Virus record (IMG/VR): IMGVR_UViG_3300022602_000024
Location: 62,001-126,000 of that record
DNA: 64,000 nt
Strand: one strand, 5' to 3'
Numbering within the stretch: the stretch's first letter is position 1; the number at the start of each line of letters is the position of its first letter. This document shows positions 56,173 to 64,000 of the stretch, one piece after another. A model generated the notes under the pieces. The model searched no databases. It was given only the letters and a program-made list of their open reading frames with translations, and was not told the origin of the DNA. A program made the position numbers and the translations under genes.

Positions 56173-57230
56173 ACTGTTTGTTGATACTTTCGTACTTGTT
56201 GTTCTATTAGAGGAGCAAAGTGTATATTTGGTTTAATTTGTTTTGCCATTAACAACTGATCCATGGCAGTTTTATACAATGGATGTGACGTTGTTAGCAC
56301 TTGCATATCGTTGTATATCATCAATGGCTGAGCACCCCAGTTATCTAATTTTGCTATTACACCGTCAGATTTGTAATGATTACATAAAATGGCAAAATTA
56401 ACTATATCCCCGGCGTTGGCAGATTGCAACACAAAATTATATAATGAACGTGGACGTTTTGTTTGAGTATTTTGATAATCAAACAACCAATCTAAATTTT
56501 CAAGAAGTACTTTATGTTTACCCGGTCTACGAACATTTTCGTATACTTCGGCCGAACCTGCATCCATGCTTATATGAAATTCTTTAATATGTGCTAATAC
56601 AGGACTATCGGGTAATAATTTTTTCATTAGTAGCCCGTTGGTGCGCAATATAATTGAATGATTTTCTGTTGGTTGCCAGTTTAATAGCAAGGGACGGTAT
56701 AACATACTTGCTAGTACATCACCATTGCCAGTCATTATCAATGTAGTTGGTTTGTTAAATTTTTGTATTAATGTTACAAAATGATTTATTAATTTTTTTG
56801 ACTTTTCAAACTGAGGACCTGATGTTATATTGCTTGGCCCTGACCTACAAGTTGGGCACGCAAGATTACAACTTTCATCCATAGAAATAGTTATTTCATA
56901 CTGGTGTACATTATAACTCTTATTAAGTAAGTTGCAATGCTCTACGGCACAGTATGTAAATTTTTTATCGTTTACATCTTGTTGTATTTCTTTTGCAATA
57001 GGACTATCCCATATGTCTTCTAAACTGTCAAACTCCAGTATATTACCAACCGGTATCGGTAACCAGGCTTCGCAACTACATACAAAACAGTCGCCTCTTG
57101 AATCTATAATAAGTGTATAGTAAGGTACATTACACGAATTAGTAATCTGCCCTGGGTACTTGCTACCTCTTGGATATTCTTTAAGATTAAACTGCTGAAT
57201 TTTTGGCAGTTTAGAAACATCTATAGTCAT
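56169..57230 (-). CDS. Radical SAM protein with N-terminal SPASM-like domain
   Basis: CNLACPTC; N-terminal 'CNVPY...GDCFVCSC...VGNI...C...C'. Confidence 0.8.
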   Translation of the reverse strand: MTIDVSKLPKIQQFNLKEYPRGSKYPGQITNSCNVPYYTLIIDSRGDCFVCSCEAWLPIPVGNILEFDSLEDIWDSPIAKEIQQDVNDKKFTYCAVEHCNLLNKSYNVHQYEITISMDESCNLACPTCRSGPSNITSGPQFEKSKKLINHFVTLIQKFNKPTTLIMTGNGDVLASMLYRPLLLNWQPTENHSIILRTNGLLMKKLLPDSPVLAHIKEFHISMDAGSAEVYENVRRPGKHKVLLENLDWLFDYQNTQTKRPRSLYNFVLQSANAGDIVNFAILCNHYKSDGVIAKLDNWGAQPLMIYNDMQVLTTSHPLYKTAMDQLLMAKQIKPNIHFAPLIEQQVRKYQQTV

Positions 57231-57965
57231 TTATTTTGTCTGTGCTGGCAATTGGTATGTGTATACAATAAGTCCAGAGTCTACAGTGATCTGCATAACA
57301 CCTTCATCGGAAATTTTCATTTCTTTATCGCCGGGCAAGCTCAAAATACTGTTAACTACTGACACTGGCCAATGCAACTGTTTGCTCAATGAGCCTGAGG
57401 TTGCAGCAAATGTAAAACTGCCTGCGTGACTTGCAGCATCACCAAAGAAGAACTTCAATTCGCCTGAGTCTGTTGTACTGCTGAATGTGGTGGCATCACT
57501 GTGTGCACTGGATTGAAAACGCAGTTTCTGGATGCTTTGTACTGTGGGGGTAATCTCTACACCCCATTTAACTGGCTTCATTTTAACGTTCTTCAACTGG
57601 TCGTTAATAACAGATGTGGCCATGAATCTGTAGTCGTTTTTAAAGTCGCCAGTTTTGTTCTCAAAGTGAACACCACTAGGAACCATGTTGCCGTCGGCAT
57701 CCTTTTGTTGTGTTACTGTGATAGTGGCACCTTCGCGGTATTCTGGAATGTTAAGGATAGTGTTGAGTCTATCCAAGTTGGGCATACCAAATATGCCAAC
57801 AAATTCTGCAACAGGTGCTTTGAATTCTGCGTTTAAGATAACTGTTTTTGTTGCTTGGTCAAAAGCATTAATAGTTGTAGAGGTTTTATTTCCTGTGATT
57901 TTAATCATAGAAATAACGCCAAGGCCATAAGTGTGTTGTACAATGTCTTTTAAGTGATCGATCAT
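57231..57965 (-). CDS. Putative DNA polymerase sliding clamp (gp45-like)
   Basis: 244 aa, beta-rich, 'FGMPNL..L', 'YRFM'; close to polB. Confidence 0.55.
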   Translation of the reverse strand: MIDHLKDIVQHTYGLGVISMIKITGNKTSTTINAFDQATKTVILNAEFKAPVAEFVGIFGMPNLDRLNTILNIPEYREGATITVTQQKDADGNMVPSGVHFENKTGDFKNDYRFMATSVINDQLKNVKMKPVKWGVEITPTVQSIQKLRFQSSAHSDATTFSSTTDSGELKFFFGDAASHAGSFTFAATSGSLSKQLHWPVSVVNSILSLPGDKEMKISDEGVMQITVDSGLIVYTYQLPAQTK

Positions 57966-57988
57966 GTTTTATTCTCCGTAATAGATGT

Positions 57989-58017
57989 AGTATATAGATG
58001 TATTTAGAAAATGTCAA
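57989..58017 (-). promoter_or_regulatory. TTGACA-17-TATACT promoter with a TAAATA late motif in the spacer
   Basis: -35 at 58012-58017, TAAATA at 58001-58006, -10 at 57989-57994. Confidence 0.65.
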
Positions 58018-58952
58018 TAGACAATTCTTTTTATTTCTCCCATTACCTGGTGTGCTTTCACCGTTGATAAGGTACCGGGCTTCTTGATTTCAAGCCAACT
58101 GACATAGGGCTCAAAGTCAAATTCTTTTTCAATTTCAAAGCCTAGGCTTTGACAGGTTGGTATTAAGATACTCTTGGGCATGTAGGTTTGTGCAAAACTT
58201 TCAGCAATACCGGCACCGGCAGAAGTATCACCATCGTTATAACTAAACAGGAATACACCTCCGGGACGCATGACTTCACGTAAATCTTTAAGAAACTGTG
58301 TAATAGTATCAAGACTTATGTAGTTAAAATGTCCCCAACTGAACACAAAGCCAAATTGATTTCGGGGCAAAACCGACAAGTCGTAATTTTTCAACTGATA
58401 CTTTCTAAGTCTGCGTTGGTATGCTTCTGGAAATTTGTTAACTGTACTGTTTAGAAATTCCGGCCAAGGATCCATAATATACAATGGATCAGCAGCTACC
58501 AGGAACTGTGTCCATTCACCGTCTCTGCAACCTATTTCTAAACTGGGATAACGCCAGTTAGTATACAACAATATACGTTGTTTGATAGTTTGTTCAATGT
58601 CCTCATTGAGATATATGCGTCTATTATTGCGAACATTATCAAACCCGCCTGTGCGTTCTTCTAGTTCGTAAGCATTAGCAAACAAGTTGTGAGTTAGCTT
58701 GGTTATTTCATTGTTGACTGCAGCCAACTGCTGATGTAGATCCAAACGTGGTTGTTGTACTTGATCAATAATATTGCCATAATAATCAATCAAGTCTTTG
58801 ACATACTTGGTATTGTGTTCGCTGATCTCGCCTACTTTATTTTTAATATTATCCAAATTGGTTTGCAGTTCTAACAAGCGTTGAACCACAGGATCAGGAT
58901 CTAGTGCTTTCACTAGTCTATTTCGGAATGTCACTAGATCATACAACTTCAT
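58014..58952 (-). CDS. Class I SAM-dependent methyltransferase with N-terminal coiled coil
   Basis: 'LEIGCRDG', 'FGFVFSWGHFNY', 'MRPGGVFLFSY'. Confidence 0.7.
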   Translation of the reverse strand: MKLYDLVTFRNRLVKALDPDPVVQRLLELQTNLDNIKNKVGEISEHNTKYVKDLIDYYGNIIDQVQQPRLDLHQQLAAVNNEITKLTHNLFANAYELEERTGGFDNVRNNRRIYLNEDIEQTIKQRILLYTNWRYPSLEIGCRDGEWTQFLVAADPLYIMDPWPEFLNSTVNKFPEAYQRRLRKYQLKNYDLSVLPRNQFGFVFSWGHFNYISLDTITQFLKDLREVMRPGGVFLFSYNDGDTSAGAGIAESFAQTYMPKSILIPTCQSLGFEIEKEFDFEPYVSWLEIKKPGTLSTVKAHQVMGEIKRIVY

Positions 58953-58953
58953 G

Positions 58954-61611
58954 TTATTCCCAAGTAAACAAATCATCAAAGGTTGACTTAATGTCAGTGT
59001 GTCCAGGAATGTCCCATTCCAGCACGCCCAATAAGTTTTCTACCTTTTGGTTAACAATGCCCATTTCCATCTTGCTGTCATCAAACGGCAAGTCCTTGAA
59101 CCATGTGGGAATATGACTTTCATCAGTGGGGTAGCCCACGCTGGTAAAACCCAGGGGATTGTCTTTGAGCTTGCACACAATGGTCTTCATGCCGTCTACA
59201 ATGGCCATACTATAGTTGTCACCGTGCATTTTCTTGAGACGATTCCAGTTCATTGCGGCTCTAACGTGTCCGGGCATATTTGCTTTGCCTTGTTGTGCTT
59301 CTGCCGCAGTATATTTGGTCAAGTTGTTGACACGTTTAGGTGTACCTTTCTCCCATGCAGGACGTTCAGCAAATACCAGTTTGAAGTCTTTGACCTTTTT
59401 GTAGATCTGTTCTTTTTCCGCACCTGTTAGCACATCCAACAAGATCTCACTCAAGAAGTCTTGCACTACCTTGGGTGTGTCACTTCGCTTCAAGTCCAGA
59501 CCCATGGCCTTGACCTTACCGGGCTTGCCCACGTCTTGTCGGTTGCCTTCTAAGTCGTAAATCAATACTGCATAGCGTTTCTTTTTAATAAACAGGCTCT
59601 TGGTAGCAATAAGTTCACGTCCGCCTTTGATGATAGCACCCATTTCTCTGGGACAATGACAAGCACGTTCCATAAATGCCGGAAATGATTCGTTCACCTG
59701 ATCAGCAATACTATCATACATCTGTATGCAAACTTCTTTGTTCCACTCTAAGGTACCTGCCTCAACTTCCTTCTTGATTGCAGGCCACGCTGAGAAATAG
59801 ACTGAGTCCGTGTCACCGTAGATGACAGCCTCCCCAATGTGATCGTAAGTACCTGTAATTGCCTCATTGACATACGAGTCCATGTGCTTTGCGATAATCC
59901 TACCAGTGAGCGTCGTACTCTGTCCAATTCTCTGATCAAAGAAGCGACAGCCAGCGTTGAGGATCGCACCGTAGAGGGAATTAAGGTTAATCTTCTTGAC
60001 AAGTTGCCTCTTGTCCCAGAACGCAGTTTCTTCCTTAGTTTCTGCGGTTTTCTTTTTAGCCTGCATTTCTTTGCGTTCAGCATACCATCTCTCCAATAAG
60101 CCGGGAATGATCCCTTTCATGTCATATTTAAATATAGTGCCATTTGCACTGAGTGTCCAAGGCTGATTGCCTTCAAAGATCAAACGCCAAACATCTGCGG
60201 CACTCATAACATCGCTGGTGCCATCTTCCCAGTCAATGGTGATCTCTGTGCCCACTTCGCCATTCATAACTGCTTGGTATTCTAAACTGCCAAACATATT
60301 CTCCCACGCATCAGCAAAACTCGAACCTGCATCCATCTTTTCCTGGATGTAGTGGTCAGTCATCACTGGCCGGAATTGTCCAACAACGGTTTCTGGGCCC
60401 ATGTTAAGGGCTCGAATAGCCGAGGGATAGAGCGAGTTGATGTCGATCGCTCCAACCCATTCGTGCATGCCTTTTTTGGGATAAGCAACGTAGGCACCTG
60501 CGGCTTGTGTGTTTTCTTTGTCATCTCTAGGTCTCCTGTTTGGAACTATCATACCTCGACTGTGGGCCTCATTGATGATGGCCTGCTCAGTCACTGCTAC
60601 TGCACCCATTGTAGTAGCAAGCAACACGGTATTATCGTGTGCAAGTTCGTTAGCCAAGTCCAAGAAGCGTAGTTTCTTATCGAACTTGGCAATAAGCATA
60701 GTATCCTGTCTATTGTATTCAATAAACGTGGGGAAATCTTTATTATAAAGTTGATCTAGTGTGCCTTCATATTGTGTTTTACGTTCGCCCAGTTCATATT
60801 CGGCAATGGCATCCAGGCTATAACTATGACGTTCTTCATAGGTATATTTGCGATACAACTGCATATAATCCAAGTGCACACGCCCAATCAAGTCAAATGT
60901 CAGGTTCTCTGCACCAAAGCGTTCAAACATACGTTGTTTGGGCAGTTGTCCCCACAAACAAAAACGTCGTGTGTCGTCTTTGCTCAGTACTTTGATAATG
61001 CGCATTACAGTATAGGGAATATCAAAGCCCTCACTGTTCCATCCACTCAAGATGTCGGCATCTTCAATCAAGTCTAAGAATGTGTTCAGTAAGTCTTCTT
61101 CACGATCAAACAAGAAACAGTTTTCAAACTTGGCGCAGACTTCTTCAGCAGTTTCCCACGAATAGGTCTTGGGTAGCAATACCAGTGTAACCAGTTTGTC
61201 TAGCCAGTCCATATACACAGTAATGGCAGTGATTTTGTTAAACGGATCGTTTGTGGGAGCATAGCCAACCAGTGGATCAAAGTCCACCTCAATATCAAAA
61301 AAGGCTGTGTGTAGTTTAGGCGACGTTGCGCCCAAGTAGTTGGTTTCCAAACAACGGAATATGGGATTGATATCTGATTCCCACAAGCGTTTGCCGCTGA
61401 GTGCTTTTAATTCTTTGTGATACTCTTTGCTGTTGCGAGTATTGAATCTTGATACTGGCGTATCAAAAATTGTCCTAAACTTGCCTCGAGGGTCATCATA
61501 GTAGAAAGTATAATCTACTGGAAACTCTTTGTAGGTTCTTTCGCCATCTACACGTTCTACAACGTGAATACGGTCTTTTTGTCTATCATATAATGCATCA
61601 ACGTAACTCAT
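58954..61611 (-). CDS. Family B DNA polymerase (T4 gp43-like)
   Basis: Exo 'FFDIEV', 'GWNSEGFDIPY', 'YNRQD'; Pol 'DINSLYPS', 'KINLNSLYG', 'YGDTDS', 'KKRYA'. Start MSYVD with AGGAG RBS. Confidence 0.96.
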   Translation of the reverse strand: MSYVDALYDRQKDRIHVVERVDGERTYKEFPVDYTFYYDDPRGKFRTIFDTPVSRFNTRNSKEYHKELKALSGKRLWESDINPIFRCLETNYLGATSPKLHTAFFDIEVDFDPLVGYAPTNDPFNKITAITVYMDWLDKLVTLVLLPKTYSWETAEEVCAKFENCFLFDREEDLLNTFLDLIEDADILSGWNSEGFDIPYTVMRIIKVLSKDDTRRFCLWGQLPKQRMFERFGAENLTFDLIGRVHLDYMQLYRKYTYEERHSYSLDAIAEYELGERKTQYEGTLDQLYNKDFPTFIEYNRQDTMLIAKFDKKLRFLDLANELAHDNTVLLATTMGAVAVTEQAIINEAHSRGMIVPNRRPRDDKENTQAAGAYVAYPKKGMHEWVGAIDINSLYPSAIRALNMGPETVVGQFRPVMTDHYIQEKMDAGSSFADAWENMFGSLEYQAVMNGEVGTEITIDWEDGTSDVMSAADVWRLIFEGNQPWTLSANGTIFKYDMKGIIPGLLERWYAERKEMQAKKKTAETKEETAFWDKRQLVKKINLNSLYGAILNAGCRFFDQRIGQSTTLTGRIIAKHMDSYVNEAITGTYDHIGEAVIYGDTDSVYFSAWPAIKKEVEAGTLEWNKEVCIQMYDSIADQVNESFPAFMERACHCPREMGAIIKGGRELIATKSLFIKKKRYAVLIYDLEGNRQDVGKPGKVKAMGLDLKRSDTPKVVQDFLSEILLDVLTGAEKEQIYKKVKDFKLVFAERPAWEKGTPKRVNNLTKYTAAEAQQGKANMPGHVRAAMNWNRLKKMHGDNYSMAIVDGMKTIVCKLKDNPLGFTSVGYPTDESHIPTWFKDLPFDDSKMEMGIVNQKVENLLGVLEWDIPGHTDIKSTFDDLFTWE

Positions 61612-61616
61612 TTTTC

Positions 61617-61683
61617 TCCTTTGTACGACTTCGAGCTCATACACACTCTACATGCTGTTTAAGTCAGCGACTCTACGATTATA
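61617..61683 (-). promoter_or_regulatory. polB promoter (TGnTATAAT) and structured leader
   Basis: -10 at 61678-61683; hairpins at 61654-61668 and 61622-61643, the second immediately 5' of the SD. Confidence 0.5.
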
Positions 61684-61687
61684 ACAT

Positions 61688-62983
61688 TTACCGGTAATAA
61701 ATGCTATAGATTTCTTTAATATTTAGTTCAGGGTGGACTTCTTGAAGTCGATCTAACATGAAATGAATATTTTCATTATCTTTGGAAAAATTAATTGTAT
61801 TTAAATGATATTCTAAATCTGTAATAGCAGACCGTAATCGTTGATTTTCGACCACTGGTGGTAAAATCTTTAAAGCATCTAGTTGTTGCTGTACTTGATC
61901 TCTCATATATTCTGGCACTGATTCTATGCCAAAATTTTCTTCGAGTTTAACTACGGGGGTAAATCCAAATCCCAAGTAAACATTTTTATAAGGACTGTAC
62001 CTAGTGATCAAGTGTTGCCATACTTCGGGCACCTGATGAAAATTCAAATTTGTAATCACAGTATTAAAATTCACTGAGTTTCTTGGATTATTTTTTTCTG
62101 CTAACCAATCAAATATAGAATCTATGTTTTTTTGTATGTAAGGCCAACGACTAGGAGTTCTTTGTATGTATGCAATATCATCTATGGCATCTATACTTAA
62201 ATTGAACATGACTTGATCAAAATTTCCCAAAATATCCAGCAAACGTTTGTTGACATTGGTACAGTTGGTGTTGATGAATGCCAATATGTGTTGACTATGT
62301 CCTGTTGTAACTAGATCTTCTAAGAAATCTATGTTTTCTTTGATAATGGTTGGTTCTCCGCCAGTGAGCCATACCGTTTCCAATGAACTGTAATGATCTT
62401 TCAGTATAGTAGCCAATGGTCTCTTAACTGGCCAATCATAAAGATCTCCAAACTCGCCACCGTTGAGAACTCCAATGGATGTTTTGCTAAATTTAATTTG
62501 TTGTTTTGTAGTAATATTTCTATCTAAGAAAAATTCTGAATATTGTATACTGTTGTCAGGCCCACACATTTTACAGGCCAGGTTGCATAAATTGCCGGTA
62601 CTGATCTGCATGTCAATCCAGTCAACATTTAATTCGCCATTATTTTCTGCTGCATACTGGATTCGATCCTGCACACGACTCAATGGTATTCGATCATTGG
62701 CATTTTTTCTTACACTATTGCCTTTGGTGTGATCTTTATTTTCTAGTTTCCAACAAGAGTTACAACATTCAGGTTCCTTGCCGTTGATTAAATCTAATCT
62801 TAATTGTTTTTGTTCTTGGCTATTCCAAAAATCAGATATATTGTGTGTATTAACATTATATACTTGTTGTTGATCGTCGGTCATTCTACCAAGTATGGCA
62901 CAACATGATACTATATCGCCATTGGGCTGAATCATATTGTGTGCAAAAGGATATGCACAAATTGTAGGACTGTGTATTTCCAT
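61688..62983 (-). CDS. Radical SAM protein with N-terminal SPASM/Twitch-like domain
   Basis: CNLACKMC, 'LTGGEP'; N-terminal CAYPF...SCC...CNSC. Confidence 0.82.
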   Translation of the reverse strand: MEIHSPTICAYPFAHNMIQPNGDIVSCCAILGRMTDDQQQVYNVNTHNISDFWNSQEQKQLRLDLINGKEPECCNSCWKLENKDHTKGNSVRKNANDRIPLSRVQDRIQYAAENNGELNVDWIDMQISTGNLCNLACKMCGPDNSIQYSEFFLDRNITTKQQIKFSKTSIGVLNGGEFGDLYDWPVKRPLATILKDHYSSLETVWLTGGEPTIIKENIDFLEDLVTTGHSQHILAFINTNCTNVNKRLLDILGNFDQVMFNLSIDAIDDIAYIQRTPSRWPYIQKNIDSIFDWLAEKNNPRNSVNFNTVITNLNFHQVPEVWQHLITRYSPYKNVYLGFGFTPVVKLEENFGIESVPEYMRDQVQQQLDALKILPPVVENQRLRSAITDLEYHLNTINFSKDNENIHFMLDRLQEVHPELNIKEIYSIYYR

Positions 62984-62986
62984 GTG

Positions 62987-63298
62987 TTAGTTAAGTGCTA
63001 TTAACGCCAGTTTGGTTAATCCCACCATGTCAATGCAAAACAATAATGCGTAGTTGGCCAACATGCCAAATGATCCACGTGTCCATGCTGCCCAGGCATA
63101 GATCAAGGTACTGGCCACCCAGATACAGTATAATTGTAGCAATGGCGGATTGGGCAAAAATATAGTCATGCCTAGTGCACACCCAATACTACCAAACCAT
63201 CCTAGTATTTCAAGGCAAAAGCGTAATGGCCATTCGTTGTAGTCACGTTTCATCCAGTCTGCAGTACTTGAAAAGCATCGGTTGATTATTTGTTTCAT
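62987..63298 (-). CDS. Small membrane protein (about 3 TM segments)
   Basis: Hydrophobic stretches. Confidence 0.65.
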   Translation of the reverse strand: MKQIINRCFSSTADWMKRDYNEWPLRFCLEILGWFGSIGCALGMTIFLPNPPLLQLYCIWVASTLIYAWAAWTRGSFGMLANYALLFCIDMVGLTKLALIALN

Positions 63299-63939
63299 TT
63301 GGGTAAGTGGTAAAATTTTTGTTGGTATTGATCTATTACTTGTCTATACCGTACAATATCACGTTCTAAGAAATTCTTTTGTAGACTATGATAGTTGGTT
63401 TCGTATACTTTTTTGTAGTATTCGATCTGTTTTCTAAGTTCCAGCTCATCAGCAGTGGCAACATTCATACGCCGATCTCGTTCTATAACCAAGTCAAGCC
63501 CGTTCTCTTTGAAGAACATGTTGGTTAAATCGTTGCCCGAGTATAAATGACGGTCAGGATCAAACGGCTCATACGGCTGATGATCTTTGATTGTTGCATC
63601 CAGTGGAATCCAATGTATAGGCAAATCCCAGATGGGACCCAACATCATGGATACACTATAGGTATGCTCGTCAAATACTCCGCTGACCAACAACTTGGCC
63701 ACTTGTGGATCATCTAAACTAATGTCTGGATTGAGCCTCAGGTACTGTGTGATACCTTTGGTATGCCTGACTTCAGGATCTGTTATATGTGCAAAGATCT
63801 TGTACTGTGATAAATCTAATAGTGGATCAAATAAGTTAACATAATCCCACCCATGTGCAGCCAAGAATGTGTTATGTGTTATATAACCATTCTTAGGGCA
63901 CAGTATGTATAGGAAGCGATCTTTGATCCTGCAGAACAT
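63295..63939 (-). CDS. Divergent sulfotransferase-like protein
   Basis: 'YILCPKNG', 'ITDPEVRHTKG', 'FDEHT' parallel the motifs in 55549-56172. Confidence 0.45.
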   Translation of the reverse strand: MFCRIKDRFLYILCPKNGYITHNTFLAAHGWDYVNLFDPLLDLSQYKIFAHITDPEVRHTKGITQYLRLNPDISLDDPQVAKLLVSGVFDEHTYSVSMMLGPIWDLPIHWIPLDATIKDHQPYEPFDPDRHLYSGNDLTNMFFKENGLDLVIERDRRMNVATADELELRKQIEYYKKVYETNYHSLQKNFLERDIVRYRQVIDQYQQKFYHLPK

Positions 63940-64000
63940 TAAAGAGTTTTGCCAACAGTTTCTAAAATAGTATTCAAATCTTCGTGTTCACGATTGGTAT
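63939..64000 (-). CDS. 3' end of a gene cut by the window edge (..NREHEDLNTILETVGKTL*)
   Basis: Open frame ending in a TAA that overlaps the next ATG. Confidence 0.5.
   Translation of the reverse strand, partial: TNREHEDLNTILETVGKTL

Noticed and set aside
58954-61611. Intein or intron in polB (also thyA)
   Set aside because: Lengths are normal, motifs are contiguous, and no splice-junction signatures were seen.
25109-61644. Longest-ORF starts given in the track for thyA, rnh, queE, GT-B, polB, the MTase at 58014 and the lipoprotein
   Set aside because: Internal ATGs fit the family N-termini, RBS/promoter positions or stop-start overlaps better, so starts were adjusted.
1-64000. Stop-codon reassignment as in some jumbo phages
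   Set aside because: Standard-code ORFs tile the window densely and known enzymes are full length.
1-64000. tRNA or rRNA genes; cellular origin of the window
   Set aside because: Intergenic gaps are short with no cloverleaf or T-loop signature seen by eye (tRNAscan not run). Gene content and TAAATA motifs point to a phage.

Overview
This window is a gene-dense, AT-rich piece of a large lytic dsDNA phage genome of T4-like/jumbo-myovirus type, read in the standard genetic code. Supporting markers are a family-B DNA polymerase, a gp45-like clamp, a T4 RNase H-like exonuclease, ThyA/DHFR, TAAATA late-promoter motifs and sigma70-type promoters. I saw no tRNA, rRNA, CRISPR array or integrase. Bases 1-23,050 are mostly on the + strand. 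They hold tail/virion genes and then a ~20 kb modification cluster: GT-A glycosyltransferase-like genes, five tandem radical SAM genes, four SGNH-like genes, a NodU/CmcH carbamoyltransferase, an APS-kinase-like fusion, a 1071-aa repeat protein and a putative virion ADP-ribosyltransferase. Bases 23,050-64,000 are on the - strand. They hold sugar-nucleotide genes, thyA/folA, a MoxR-VWA pair, a GIY-YIG nuclease, and an EcoRI-like endonuclease with two DNA methyltransferases. They also hold a dispersed 7-deazaguanine pathway (folE, queD, queE, a QueD-like LxxxHRHxF protein, a TGT/DpdA-like transglycosylase and a linked GT-B), three more radical SAM genes, two sulfotransferase-like genes and replication genes. 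The main leads are: (1) a deazaguanine system with no queC in view but with a glycosyltransferase; (2) a preQ1-I-riboswitch-like pseudoknot ahead of queD; (3) the radical SAM/SGNH/carbamoyltransferase cluster, which includes an unannotated 33-aa ORF; (4) a phage-borne EcoRI-like R-M cassette; (5) an 18-bp operator-like box repeated at five promoters. All functional calls come from motifs recognised by eye; no database search was run.
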